From Candidatus Binatia bacterium (GTDB lineage Bacteria; Desulfobacterota; Binatia; UTPRO1): 59,612 nt of DNA. The position numbers and the translations under genes are program-made. The notes below the pieces were generated by a model. The model had not been told where the DNA came from. It did no database searches and saw nothing but the letters and a program-made list of their open reading frames with translations. The stretch covers positions 1 through 59,612 of the forward strand of contig JBGOSW010000002.1 in assembly GCA_041476145.1 (NCBI GenBank), read 5' to 3'. Positions within the stretch are counted from its first letter, which is position 1. Every line of letters begins with the position of its first letter. Below are positions 18,992-28,424 of the stretch, piece after piece.

Positions 18992-19374
18992 TGTTTCCTG
19001 CCGCGCCGAAGCCGCTGCCCGCCGTGAACGAGGCGCCGTCGAACACGAGTCCAACGGCCTTGCAACGTAGTACACGGCCCCGTCTCAAGAAAGTCGAGCA
19101 CCCGTCCGCCAGGTCGGCAGCGGACGACGCGACAGTACGCTGGGTCGAGCGGCACACCGTCGATCGCGAGTGGGCAGGCGCGGACCGCCGCGGGCGGAAG
19201 TCTTTACCGCGATCCTTACCGTAGCGGCGTTCCTCTTAACCGGCGCGAGCCCTAACGTCGCTCCCATTCGAAGAACGCGCAACGCCGTCAAAGCGGCACG
19301 CTCGCCGTGCGGGGGGATGCGCGGCGAGCGAGGAAACAGCCGCCAGCCCGCCGAGCGGACCACTCACAAGCTGG

Positions 19375-20646
19375 ATGATCGTTCAGATTCTCAATTTGAC
19401 CGACCTGACCCGCTGGCCGGCCGTATGTGCCGGCCTGGTCGTGGTCGGGGTCGCCCTCGGCGGGTCGTCGGCGGTCGGGGCGCAGGACGATTACGCCGTC
19501 GAGCCCGGGCACAGCCTCTCGCTCCGCGCGCTGCTCGACCTGCGCTTCGTGAGCGCCGGGCCGGCGCCGAGCTGGACGGATCGTGGGCCGGGTACGACTC
19601 GCTACGGCGGCGTCGACGACAACGGGCACTTCGAGCGGGTCACGCGCTTTTCCATCGCGCAGCTCGCCCTCGAACCCGATGCGCGGCTGCCGTGGGGGAT
19701 GAGCGCGCATGCCCAGGTGAACTGGGAAGCAGACGTCGACGACCGCGGCGACGTGGACCCGACGCACGATGCGCCGCGCTTGGTCGAGGGTTGGGTGCGG
19801 AAGGACTGGAGCAACGAGACGGACGGTTGGGCGCTGCTCGCCGGCGTTTCCAATCCGAGCTTCTCGCTCGAGCACGGCGGTCCGGCATGGACGCCGCGCT
19901 ACACGCTGACCCCGTCGGCCCTCAACACGTGGCTGTGGGAGGAGGGGCGTGTGCTCGGCTTGAAGGGTGAATGGTGGGGCACGGTGCGCGGCTGGGAGGT
20001 GAATGCGTTTGGTGGCCCGGGGTGGGGACCGGACCAGCAGGGCATCCTGCTCGCCCAGCGCGGCTGGGTGCTGAGCGACTGGCTGGCTGGTGAGAACAGT
20101 ACCATGGTGCTGCCGTCGCCCGGGGCCGTGACGCACGAGTTCGACGAGCGTGACGGGCGGCCGGCTCTGTATGCCGGTCTCGACCTGCGCGATCCGTGGA
20201 AGGTCGGCGACCTGCGCCTCGGCTACTACGACAATCTCGGCAACCAGGCAGTCGCGGGCGTCTGGGAGACCCACTACGGGGTCGCCGGCATCGCCCTGCA
20301 GCCGCTCCCGGGCCTCGACGTGATCTTCCAGTATCTGATCGGCAAGACCGCGACCCGCGCCACGCCGTCCGAATACACCATCGAGGCGCTCTATCCGCTG
20401 GTCAGCTACCGGTGGCGCAACCACCGCCTGACGGCGCGCTACGACAACTTCCGGGTCGAGGACGGTGACTCGGCCGACGATTCGCACCAGCGTGGCGACG
20501 CGGTGACGATCGCGTATCTGTTCGAGTTCTGGCTCCGCCACCGGCTGGCGGTCGAGTACATCCGGGTCGATAGCCCCCGCGCGAGCCCGTCGCACCCGGA
20601 GCCGTCCGGCAACGAGCTCCAGGTGAGCTACCGGTTCCGGTACTGA
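19375..20646 (+). CDS. outer-membrane beta-barrel (porin-like) protein
   Basis: Signal peptide ending GGSSAVGA-QDD. Alternating amphipathic strands. The C-terminus QVSYRFRY has the terminal aromatic typical of OMPs. Confidence 0.6.
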   Translation: MIVQILNLTDLTRWPAVCAGLVVVGVALGGSSAVGAQDDYAVEPGHSLSLRALLDLRFVSAGPAPSWTDRGPGTTRYGGVDDNGHFERVTRFSIAQLALEPDARLPWGMSAHAQVNWEADVDDRGDVDPTHDAPRLVEGWVRKDWSNETDGWALLAGVSNPSFSLEHGGPAWTPRYTLTPSALNTWLWEEGRVLGLKGEWWGTVRGWEVNAFGGPGWGPDQQGILLAQRGWVLSDWLAGENSTMVLPSPGAVTHEFDERDGRPALYAGLDLRDPWKVGDLRLGYYDNLGNQAVAGVWETHYGVAGIALQPLPGLDVIFQYLIGKTATRATPSEYTIEALYPLVSYRWRNHRLTARYDNFRVEDGDSADDSHQRGDAVTIAYLFEFWLRHRLAVEYIRVDSPRASPSHPEPSGNELQVSYRFRY

Positions 20647-20653
20647 GAGCGCC

Positions 20654-21367
20654 ATGCGCCGGACGAGAGGCGGGAAAGTGAAGACCAAAGTGGGCGAGTG
20701 CGGTTGCTTCCGTGTCGTGCCTCCCGTTTTCCGTCTCTTGGTGACGCTCGTCGCCGTCTCGGCGGTGCCGTCGGCGCGCGCCGCCGACCTCGGCGGCCGG
20801 GTCGTCGACGGGGCGGGCAACGGCGTCCGCGAGGCGGTCGTGTTCGTGCGGACCTCGCCCCCCGGTGTGACGCCGCCGGCCGATCCGCGCCCGGCGGTGA
20901 TGGACCAGATCAACAAGACGTTCGTGCCCCACATCCTGCCGATCGCCATCGGCACCGAGGTGTCGTTCCCCAATCACGATCAGATCCATCATCACGTCTA
21001 CTCGTTCTCGCGTCCCAAGACCTTCGAGATCCCGCTCTACAAAGGGGAAACCGCGCCGCCGGTGCGCTTCGATCATTTGGGGGCGGTCAGGGTCGGGTGC
21101 AACATCCACGACTTCATGTCGGGCGTGATTCTCGTCATCCCGACGCCGTACTTCGCCATGACCGACGAGAGCGGCGCGTTCACGCTGCGCGACCTCCCAC
21201 CAGGCACGTACGAGGTCGTGGCGTGGCAGGAGAGCAGCAAGACCGCGCTCGACGACACGGCGCGGACGGTCGAGGTCGGCGCCGCCACCACGCCGTTGAC
21301 CTTCACCCTCGACGTCGCGGCGCCGCGCGCGCGGCCGGCGGTACGCGGCCCGCGGAGCTACGAGTGA
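20654..21367 (+). CDS. periplasmic amicyanin-like cupredoxin + CarboxypepD_reg-like domain protein
   Basis: Signal peptide. Candidate type-1 Cu ligands HHHVYS ... CNIHDFM (C-x2-H-x2-M). C-terminal motif DESGAFTLRDLPPGTYEVVAW. Its stop overlaps the next start (ATGA at 21365-21369). Confidence 0.7.
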   Translation: MRRTRGGKVKTKVGECGCFRVVPPVFRLLVTLVAVSAVPSARAADLGGRVVDGAGNGVREAVVFVRTSPPGVTPPADPRPAVMDQINKTFVPHILPIAIGTEVSFPNHDQIHHHVYSFSRPKTFEIPLYKGETAPPVRFDHLGAVRVGCNIHDFMSGVILVIPTPYFAMTDESGAFTLRDLPPGTYEVVAWQESSKTALDDTARTVEVGAATTPLTFTLDVAAPRARPAVRGPRSYE

Positions 21368-23255
21368 TGGTCCACTGGTGGGCACGCCGCCGCCTGCGCA
21401 GCAAGATCTTCCTGCCCTTCTCCGTCCTGATTCTGACCATCTTGCTGGCCACCCTGTGGGTGGTCGGTGCCGCCGTCGGCGCCTGGGTGGAGCGCAGTCT
21501 CAAAGGCCAGTTCGAGGTGACTGGCAATGCCTTCCGCGCCCTGATGGCCGAGCGCGACGAGCGACTGCGTGGCGAAACGACCCTGCTCGCTGGCGACTTC
21601 GCCCTCAAGCGCGCCATAGCCACGTACGATCCCGACACACTCGCGTCGGTGGCGCTCAACTACCGCGAGCGCATCGGCGGTGACCTGCTCTGGATCACGG
21701 ACGAGTCCGGCAAGCTGTTGGCCAACTCGCGCGAACGCACCGCGGTCGGCACGGCGCTTGGTAAAGGACCGCCACTCGCGGTGGCGATCGATACGGTGGC
21801 ACCGGCGGCGGCGGTGGCCGAGGTCGACGGCGGGCTCATGCAGCTGGTCGCTGTGCCGGTGCTGGCGCCCGACCCGATCGGCTTTCTGGTGGCCGGTGAG
21901 GCGATCGACGATACCACCGCCGCGCAATTACACGACACCACCGGCACGATGGTGTCGTTCGTGACCCGCTCGCGTGTCTTTGCCTCGTCGCAGCCGTCCG
22001 CCGTCCGAAACGACGCCGTGCAGCCCGACGCGCCAGTGATCCGGGAGCAGCTCGCGCGCGCGGCGGCGGGCGCGGTGGAGCGGACGACGTTCCTGGTGCA
22101 GCAGGGGCGGACGCGTTTACTCTCGATTCTCATCCCGATCGATGCGGCATTGCCGGAACCGCTCTACGCCCTGGTACAGGACTCGTACGAACGTGCCCTC
22201 GGACCGCTCGCCAATTTGCCAGAACGGGTGGCGGGGCTCGGCCTGGCGGCCCTCGTCGGTGCGCTGTTGGTCGGTGGGATGCTCGCCGCCGGCATCGCCG
22301 CACCGCTGCAGGCGTTGGTGGTGGCGATGCGGCGCGTGCTCGGCGGCGACTTCGTTCAGCGACTGGACGTGCGGCGCAAGGACGAGATCGGCTATCTCGC
22401 CCGCTCATTCAACGACATGGTCGCCGGTCTAGAGGAGCGTGAGCGCATCAAGGAAACGTTCGGCCGCTTCGTCTCGCATGACGTGGCGGCCGCCGTGCTC
22501 GGCGGCCACATGCCGCTCGGCGGGGAACGGCGCGAGGTGACGATTCTCTTCCAGGACGTGCGCGGCTTCACCAATCTCGCCGAGAGCATCGCCCCGCCGG
22601 TCCTGGTCGGGGTCGTCAACCGATTGTTCACCGAGATGGTGGCCGCGGTCGAGGCTCAGGGTGGCGTGATCCGACAGTTTACCGGCGACGGCGTGATGGC
22701 GCTCTTTGGCGCGCCGGTGCAGCACGGCGACGATCCGGCCCGCGCCGTGCGCGCCGCGCTCGACATGGTGGCGCGCCTGCCGGCACTGATGCGCAGCTCG
22801 CCACAGAGCGGTTAGGCCCCATCCGCATCGGCATCGGCATTCATACCGGCGACGTCGTGGCAGGTCGGTTCGGTCCCGACCGGCGCAGCGAGTACGGTGT
22901 AGTCGGCGACGCCCCCAATCTCGCCAGCCGTATCGAGGACCTGAACAAGGAGATGCACACGACCATCCTGGTGTCCGGTGTGACCGCGGCCCGCCTCGGG
23001 TTGGAGTTCCATCTCGGGCGCCGGGCGACGTTGCCGGTGAAGGGCAAGGACAAGCCGGTCGAGGTCGTCGAAGTGCTCGGCTGCGCGGCCGATACGGCGG
23101 TAGGGCAGCTCCCCAGTGTGGCGCCATCTCGATCAATACCACCGTCGGAAAGTCTGACACGCGGTCGAGCGATCGCGTCCGATACTGGCGAGTCCTCCGG
23201 GCAGCTCGGGACGCGGACGCGACGACGACGCTCACATGGTACGCACACTACCTGA
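21367..23255 (+). pseudogene. membrane adenylate/guanylate cyclase (periplasmic sensor, HAMP, class III cyclase) interrupted by a 1-nt frameshift
   Basis: Frame 1 reads TM-periplasmic domain-TM-HAMP (FNDMVAGLEERE) and the first half of the cyclase ([23 protein letters not shown]), stopping at 22815. Frame 0 continues with [25 protein letters not shown]...[15 protein letters not shown]. The junction is at about 22788-22791. Confidence 0.8.
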
Positions 23256-23321
23256 CTTCGGTGGATGCCGACGACGAGGAGGAATCGCTAGCTGCCTAAG
23301 CTACGGAAGGATTTGTCGGAG

Positions 23322-23363
23322 TGCGCCCAGGGTGATTCGAACACCCGACCTTTTGATTCGTAG
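23322..23363. repeat. att direct repeat (displaced 3' fragment of tRNA-Arg)
   Basis: 42/42 identity to 28425-28466. Only the 3' 42 nt of the tRNA are present here. Confidence 0.9.
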
Positions 23364-23416
23364 CCCGCGTACGGTCGTGACCACGCCCGAACGGTCGCCC
23401 CTGTTCTCAGTGTCGT

Positions 23417-24568
23417 TCACGAGTTAGCGGCCTGTGCCTCGGACACGTTTGGGAGCGGTTGGGAACGGCCCTCGGACAAAACACGGACAGCCGGGACCGT
23501 CTGCGGAAGCGGGATGACGGTCGCCTCGGTCGGAAGCTGCTCCACGTAGGCCGAGACCCGCTCGACGGCCTGACGGAGGTCGTCATCGTCGCCAATATTG
23601 TAGCGTTCGAAGACGCTCTCGGTGCGGTGGCCGCTGATCTTCATCGCGGTCGAACGCTCCACGCCAGCGCGGACGAGGTTGCGCACGCCAGTGCGGCGGA
23701 GATCGTGGAACAACTGGCCCGGCACGCCCGCCGCCTTGCACGCCGTCCGCCAGCTCTTGCGAAATTCCCGGACGGGCAGGCCGTCCCGATGGAAGATCAG
23801 CCGGCAGTCGAAGCGGCGAGCCGCGAGGCGGCGCTCGACGATCGCGCGGAGCTCTCGGACAAGGACGAGCCGGCGTGGGCGGTGGTTCTTCGTGTCCTTC
23901 GCGTGCAGACGCATGGTCCAGGTCTCGCGGTCGAAGGCGTCCCAGGTGAGAGCCGCGATCTCGCCCTTGCGCATGCCGGTCCAGTAGGCCCACTCCACGA
24001 AGTCGCGTAGGCCATCGTCGGGCAGCACCGCGCGCACCGCCAAGAACGTCCCTTTGTCGAAGAAGCCTTGCCGGGCGTTGTGCTCAGCGAGCTTCGGAAA
24101 CACGGGGACCGTTGTCACCTTCGGCGGCTCGGCCTCGCGAGCAAGCCGGAACGCGCGTCGCAGATACGCGACGCGGCGGTTGATCGTCGCGTCCGCTACG
24201 CCGTCCTTCTGCCAGGATGCCATGATGCGTCGCACGCGCGCCGTGGTGACGTCGAGGGCGTGCTCGCACTGTTCCGCGCCGCAGGCCTCAAGGATCGCCG
24301 ACGCCTGCGAACGGAGCGCCGGGAGTGACGCAAGACGACGGATTGTGTGATCGGTCTCGAGGTCGTTGAGCAGCTCCTCGACGGTCACGTGCTCCTCGCT
24401 CGTGCCGGGTTGCTTGCCCTTCCCAAGGTCCTGCCACTTCTTCTTCAAGTAGCGCTCGGCCTTGGTTTCGCTCGTTGTATGAGCGCTCTCCCGGTATTCG
24501 CGGCCCCGGTGGTAGTACGAAATCCAGAACGTGTCGCCGCGCTTGAAGATGCGTCCGAGCCCTCTCAT
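23417..24568 (-). CDS. int: tyrosine-type site-specific integrase
   Basis: 383 aa. Catalytic region shows R...HDLRRTGVRNLVRAG...GHRTESVFERYNI (R-H-R-Y pattern). It lies adjacent to the att repeat. Confidence 0.9.
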   Translation of the reverse strand: MRGLGRIFKRGDTFWISYYHRGREYRESAHTTSETKAERYLKKKWQDLGKGKQPGTSEEHVTVEELLNDLETDHTIRRLASLPALRSQASAILEACGAEQCEHALDVTTARVRRIMASWQKDGVADATINRRVAYLRRAFRLAREAEPPKVTTVPVFPKLAEHNARQGFFDKGTFLAVRAVLPDDGLRDFVEWAYWTGMRKGEIAALTWDAFDRETWTMRLHAKDTKNHRPRRLVLVRELRAIVERRLAARRFDCRLIFHRDGLPVREFRKSWRTACKAAGVPGQLFHDLRRTGVRNLVRAGVERSTAMKISGHRTESVFERYNIGDDDDLRQAVERVSAYVEQLPTEATVIPLPQTVPAVRVLSEGRSQPLPNVSEAQAANS

Positions 24569-24735
24569 CGTCGTCGCCCTCCCTTCTGCGTGGTTTTGAG
24601 GTAGGCGTCGAGAGCGGCGACGACCACCTGGCGGAGGTCCGCCCGCTCATCTACCGCTCGCTTCTTCGCCGCCGCCCACAGCTTCTCGGGCAGGAGCACC
24701 GTCGTCTTCACCGTCCGTCCCTCATCGCTTTTCAT
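24565..24735 (-). CDS. ribbon-helix-helix (CopG/Arc-like) protein, candidate excisionase/regulator (56 aa)
   Basis: Hand-translated as MKSDEGRTVKTTVLLPEKLWAAAKKRAVDERADLRQVVVAALDAYLKTTQKGGRRR. The beta-strand + two-helix pattern is typical of RHH proteins. Its stop overlaps the int start (ATGA). It is below the ORF-track cut-off. Confidence 0.6.
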   Translation of the reverse strand: MKSDEGRTVKTTVLLPEKLWAAAKKRAVDERADLRQVVVAALDAYLKTTQKGGRRR

Positions 24736-24762
24736 GTCGGGAGTATAAACGGCAATACGGCT

Positions 24763-25506
24763 CTACAGCAAGCCGGCCGTCATAATCTCCTGCAATAGTT
24801 CTCGAAAATGGGACGCTTCTAGCGAATCACACCAGCCCGCGAGCCGGAGGGCCATCGGTAGCGTGATCGCGACCGCCAATGTTGCCTCCGCAACAGGCGG
24901 AGGCGGTTGCACCGGGGATGGATCGGACAGAAAGCTAGCGCGCAGCTCACCGTCGACTAGGTCGAGATCGTAATACAGCGCCAGTGCGCCGCGGTTCGGG
25001 TGGCTAAACTCGCTCAGGTCGCTGTAGGTGCGTTCGGCCTCATCAGGTTTCAGGAGCTCGTTCAAAGCGCGCATCATTGTCGCGATGTGCGGCGATTCAG
25101 GCACCTGGGGCGTGCCAGGCGTTGGGGGCAAATAGGCGCGACTGTACCGGCTGCCCGTGACTACGCGCTCCAAGAGGCGCCACGCGGCTGTGAGGTCACG
25201 AGAACCGTTGAGGTGTTGTGCAAGATGCTTCTCGACGTAGTAGGCACTCGCTGCGAGCTCGAGAAGTGCGCGCGTCAAGATGAGCGCGGTGGGGGTGTTC
25301 CCGTCGTCAATCTCGCACACAATCCCTTGAAGCAATGACCGCAGGTGATGGAGAAGCGCGTACGCATAGACGAGGGCGGCCCATGCGACCTGCTCATCGG
25401 TTGGACGGTCTATACTCTTGCGGGTCAGCGTGATGGTCGGCGTCGGTAATGCGGATAACCGATCAAGGACCGCTTGCAATTTGGTTACATCAGCCGGATT
25501 CACCAT
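24763..25506 (-). CDS. hypothetical alpha-helical protein, island cargo
   Basis: ATG at 25504-25506 lies 6 nt behind GGAGGT. Composition is clearly lower in GC than the surroundings. No motif could be assigned. Confidence 0.6.
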   Translation of the reverse strand: MVNPADVTKLQAVLDRLSALPTPTITLTRKSIDRPTDEQVAWAALVYAYALLHHLRSLLQGIVCEIDDGNTPTALILTRALLELAASAYYVEKHLAQHLNGSRDLTAAWRLLERVVTGSRYSRAYLPPTPGTPQVPESPHIATMMRALNELLKPDEAERTYSDLSEFSHPNRGALALYYDLDLVDGELRASFLSDPSPVQPPPPVAEATLAVAITLPMALRLAGWCDSLEASHFRELLQEIMTAGLL

Positions 25507-25540
25507 GTCCACACCTCCGCACTGTCGTCGTAGGTTCAGC

Positions 25541-25969
25541 TCAGACGAACGTCAACGCGTGCGTGTAGGCAATCGCGGCGCGCGCGCCGAGCGCCACGGC
25601 CTGCTCGCGCAGCGCGTTCCGCTGCGCGACGAGCGCCAGGTGTCGGCGATGGAAGGCGCGGGCGTCGGCGACGGCGCGGCGGAGATACGCCTGCACGTCG
25701 TCCTCGAGCGCGGCAAACTGCGGGTCCATCGCGGCAGCCGCCTCGACGATCGGCGCGACCCGTTCCTGTAACTCGGCGGCCTCGGCCTCGTGGAGCGCGC
25801 GTGCCGCGGCCTGCGCCTCGCGCTCGCGGCGCCGGGCTTCCTCCGCGGCGGCCTCGGCGGCTTTGAGCTTCGCCAGGCGCTCGCGCACCACGGCGCTCGC
25901 TTCAGCGGCGCGGTCGGTGTCGGCGATCTGCGTTTCTAGCCTCTCGATCTCGTGTGCGTGGTCGTCCAT
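25541..25969 (-). CDS. Ala/Glu-rich coiled-coil protein (142 aa)
   Basis: ATG at 25967-25969 behind AAGGAG. It starts 27 nt after the TerL-like stop. Heptad-like E/A/R-rich sequence. Confidence 0.5.
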   Translation of the reverse strand: MDDHAHEIERLETQIADTDRAAEASAVVRERLAKLKAAEAAAEEARRREREAQAAARALHEAEAAELQERVAPIVEAAAAMDPQFAALEDDVQAYLRRAVADARAFHRRHLALVAQRNALREQAVALGARAAIAYTHALTFV

Positions 25970-25995
25970 CTCGATCTCCTTTTCCGTTGCGTTCG

Positions 25996-27450
25996 TCAGT
26001 GTTGGTTGAGAAACGTCGCGAGGGGGTCCATCAGCTTCTGTCGCGGGCGTGCGAACACGCTGCGCCAATTCGGCTCGACGCGCCGAGCGTCGCCCGCGAG
26101 CACGACCGCCCCGGCGACAGCGTTGACGACGTCGTCATGCGCGCCCGCGCCCGGTGCGTGGTCGATCGAGTCGCGGCCCCCGCGCGCCGTACGTCGCTCC
26201 AATCCGAGGAGCTGCGCCACGAGCCGGCGCTCGTCGAGCAGCTCCACGCGCTGCGCATTCAGGAGCGGCAGCAACGTCGCGTAGAGGTCGCTCCGCGTCT
26301 GCTCGGCGGGCGTGTAGTGGATGCCGTGCGCCCGAAAGCGCTCACGCGGCCACTCGCCGCCGTAGCGGTCGCCGGTCACGGTCGCGCAGCGATAGAGCTT
26401 CAGCGTGGCGGCGTACTCGCGCACGACGTCGTCGGGACTGAACGGCGGGCGCCGCTCGCGGACGAGGTCGAGCACTACGCGCTCGCCTTCCTGGTGCGCT
26501 ATCGCGAGCGTGAAGCTGTCACTCGACCCGCCGCTCGGATCGCAGAACGCCGTGTAGCCCACCTCGGACACGGGCGGCAGTTCGCGCCGGTCGGGAATCA
26601 CGCACGCGTCGACCGCCTCGCGCGCCACGAACGTCTCGACGTCGCGGCGAAACTCGGCGCCGTACTCGGCCGCGGCGCGCGGCTCGTCCTCCTCGTAGGC
26701 GGCAGCGATCACGGCGGGGTCGATCGTCGCATTCATGTTCGCGGTAGCGGCCTGCCACACGAGCACCGGGTCGCCGTCCTTCGCGAAGTGCTGCGCGTAG
26801 GCGCGCCACAGCTCGCCACGCCGCGCGTAGGGCGAGGAAATCCCGACCAACAACGCATCGGCCACGCTCGCCATGCCCGGCTTGAGCGCCGCGACGATCT
26901 CCGCGTCGGGATTCGCGCTCTCGTCGGTCGGCCAGTACGCCACCTCGTCGAGCACGGCCGCGACGATCGTGTACCCGCGCACGCTGCGAAACGACGCCGT
27001 GTGGACTTCGACACTGATGCCGTTGGTCAGGTGCAGCGCCTCGGCCGTGCGATCCGCGACGAGCCGGGCGAGCATCGGCACGGCGTCGAACAACGCGCAG
27101 ACGTAGCGGAACACGACGCGCGCCTGCCGCCGGTCGGCGGCGATCACCATGGCGACGCCGCGCTCGCCGGGCGCGAGGTCGTACCGGCGGAAGGCGGCCG
27201 CGTACGTCGCGAGCGCCGCGGCAATCCGCGACTTGCCGCCTCGCCGGCCGACGATCAGCCACGCCTCGCGTGCCTGCGCCGACGGCGACGCCGATCGCCC
27301 CGTGTGGCGCTGGAAGGTCGCGCGCATCGCCGCGTCCATCGGCAAGCCATGGATCGCCGCGAGCGCCGCACGCCACGCGGCCCAGCTCACCGCCGGCCGG
27401 AAAAGCGGTGCGAACAGGTTGGCGTCGGCGAGGGCGTCGAGGATCGTCAC
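25996..27450 (-). CDS. phage terminase large-subunit-like ATPase/nuclease
   Basis: Walker A-like GRRGGKS and Walker B-like AAVLDEVAYW. The C-terminal RNase-H-like nuclease acidic residues are recognisable (AFCDPSGGSSDSF ... HDDVVNAV). The GTG start is coupled to the upstream stop (GTGA) and preceded by GAGGAG. Confidence 0.65.
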   Translation of the reverse strand: MTILDALADANLFAPLFRPAVSWAAWRAALAAIHGLPMDAAMRATFQRHTGRSASPSAQAREAWLIVGRRGGKSRIAAALATYAAAFRRYDLAPGERGVAMVIAADRRQARVVFRYVCALFDAVPMLARLVADRTAEALHLTNGISVEVHTASFRSVRGYTIVAAVLDEVAYWPTDESANPDAEIVAALKPGMASVADALLVGISSPYARRGELWRAYAQHFAKDGDPVLVWQAATANMNATIDPAVIAAAYEEDEPRAAAEYGAEFRRDVETFVAREAVDACVIPDRRELPPVSEVGYTAFCDPSGGSSDSFTLAIAHQEGERVVLDLVRERRPPFSPDDVVREYAATLKLYRCATVTGDRYGGEWPRERFRAHGIHYTPAEQTRSDLYATLLPLLNAQRVELLDERRLVAQLLGLERRTARGGRDSIDHAPGAGAHDDVVNAVAGAVVLAGDARRVEPNWRSVFARPRQKLMDPLATFLNQH

Positions 27451-27632
27451 GACGCCAGCTCCTCGGCGCGGCGCTTCATCCATGCCTGCCAGCGGCACCG
27501 ATCCGAGCAGAACCTCTGCCAAGGGCGACAGAGCCGAAACGGCGTGGTGCAGGTTGGACAAGGTACGAGCGCCGTCGCCGCCGCTGCGTCGCTCACAACG
27601 CGTTGCTGCGCGCGCTGGCGGCTCTTACGCAT
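27447..27632 (-). CDS. 61-aa zinc-finger peptide
   Basis: ATG at 27630-27632 behind GAGGAG. Contains CPTC...FCSDRCRWQAW (CxxC-x12-CxxxC). It overlaps both neighbours. Confidence 0.5.
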   Translation of the reverse strand: MRKSRQRAQQRVVSDAAAATALVPCPTCTTPFRLCRPWQRFCSDRCRWQAWMKRRAEELAS

Positions 27633-28191
27633 CGGTCTCGCTCCTCGTGGTCGGCGCCGATTCGTGGGGAGTAGGGCCGGCATCACCATCGGCGCTGCCC
27701 CGCTTCGCCAGATAGCTCGCGAGGTCCGGCACGGCACGCGCCTTCCGTTCGAGGCCGAGGTCGCGCAACAAGCTCTGCAACTGCCCGACGAGCGCCTGGC
27801 GCTGCACCACGACGGCAAAGAGCTGTCGTTTGCGCTTGTTCACCGGCGAGCTCATCCCGAGCACGTAGACGTCAACGCTGTCGACAAGGAGTTTCGTACG
27901 AACCGCGAGATCGACAAGCGCGGCTTGCTGCGTGCTGATCGCGTCGGCGCCACCGAGGTCGGCAAGGAGGTCGCATCGCCAGGCGGCGAGCGCCTTGCCG
28001 AGCGTCGTGCGACCGTCGAGCGGGTTGCCACTGAACCGCCCGAGGGCACGCTTGAGCGTGCGGACCGTCGGATGTCCGTGGGCGTGTCGCGATCGTCGTC
28101 GGTAGCGACGTGATCGAGGCGCGATCGTATGGCGATCCCCTCTGATCGCCGCCTCACTCGCGAGGCTGTCGCTCGATCGCGTCCTGTTCAT
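27625..28191 (-). CDS. helical phage-related protein (possible small terminase/DNA-recognition subunit)
   Basis: First gene of the packaging-like trio. It has a basic N-terminus and a helical core (ISTQQAALVDLAVRTKLLVDSVD). The function is inferred from position only. Confidence 0.4.
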   Translation of the reverse strand: MNRTRSSDSLASEAAIRGDRHTIAPRSRRYRRRSRHAHGHPTVRTLKRALGRFSGNPLDGRTTLGKALAAWRCDLLADLGGADAISTQQAALVDLAVRTKLLVDSVDVYVLGMSSPVNKRKRQLFAVVVQRQALVGQLQSLLRDLGLERKARAVPDLASYLAKRGSADGDAGPTPHESAPTTRSETDA

Positions 28192-28424
28192 GCGCCCCCC
28201 GTGCGCGCGGACAATTCGCGGACAGCACTAGGAAAGTGCCGACACGGCAAGGTGTTAGACCAGCCCGTTTGATTGAGAGTCGCGCGGTCGGTGTCCGACT
28301 CGCGTAGGTCCGCGACGGACGGGCGCCACGGTGGACACCCGTCCCGTCGCAGACTCGGACAAAAGGCGGACAGTGACGTTTGAGAACTACTGCGGGAGCG
28401 CACTAACGGCGCGAGACTCCTGAA

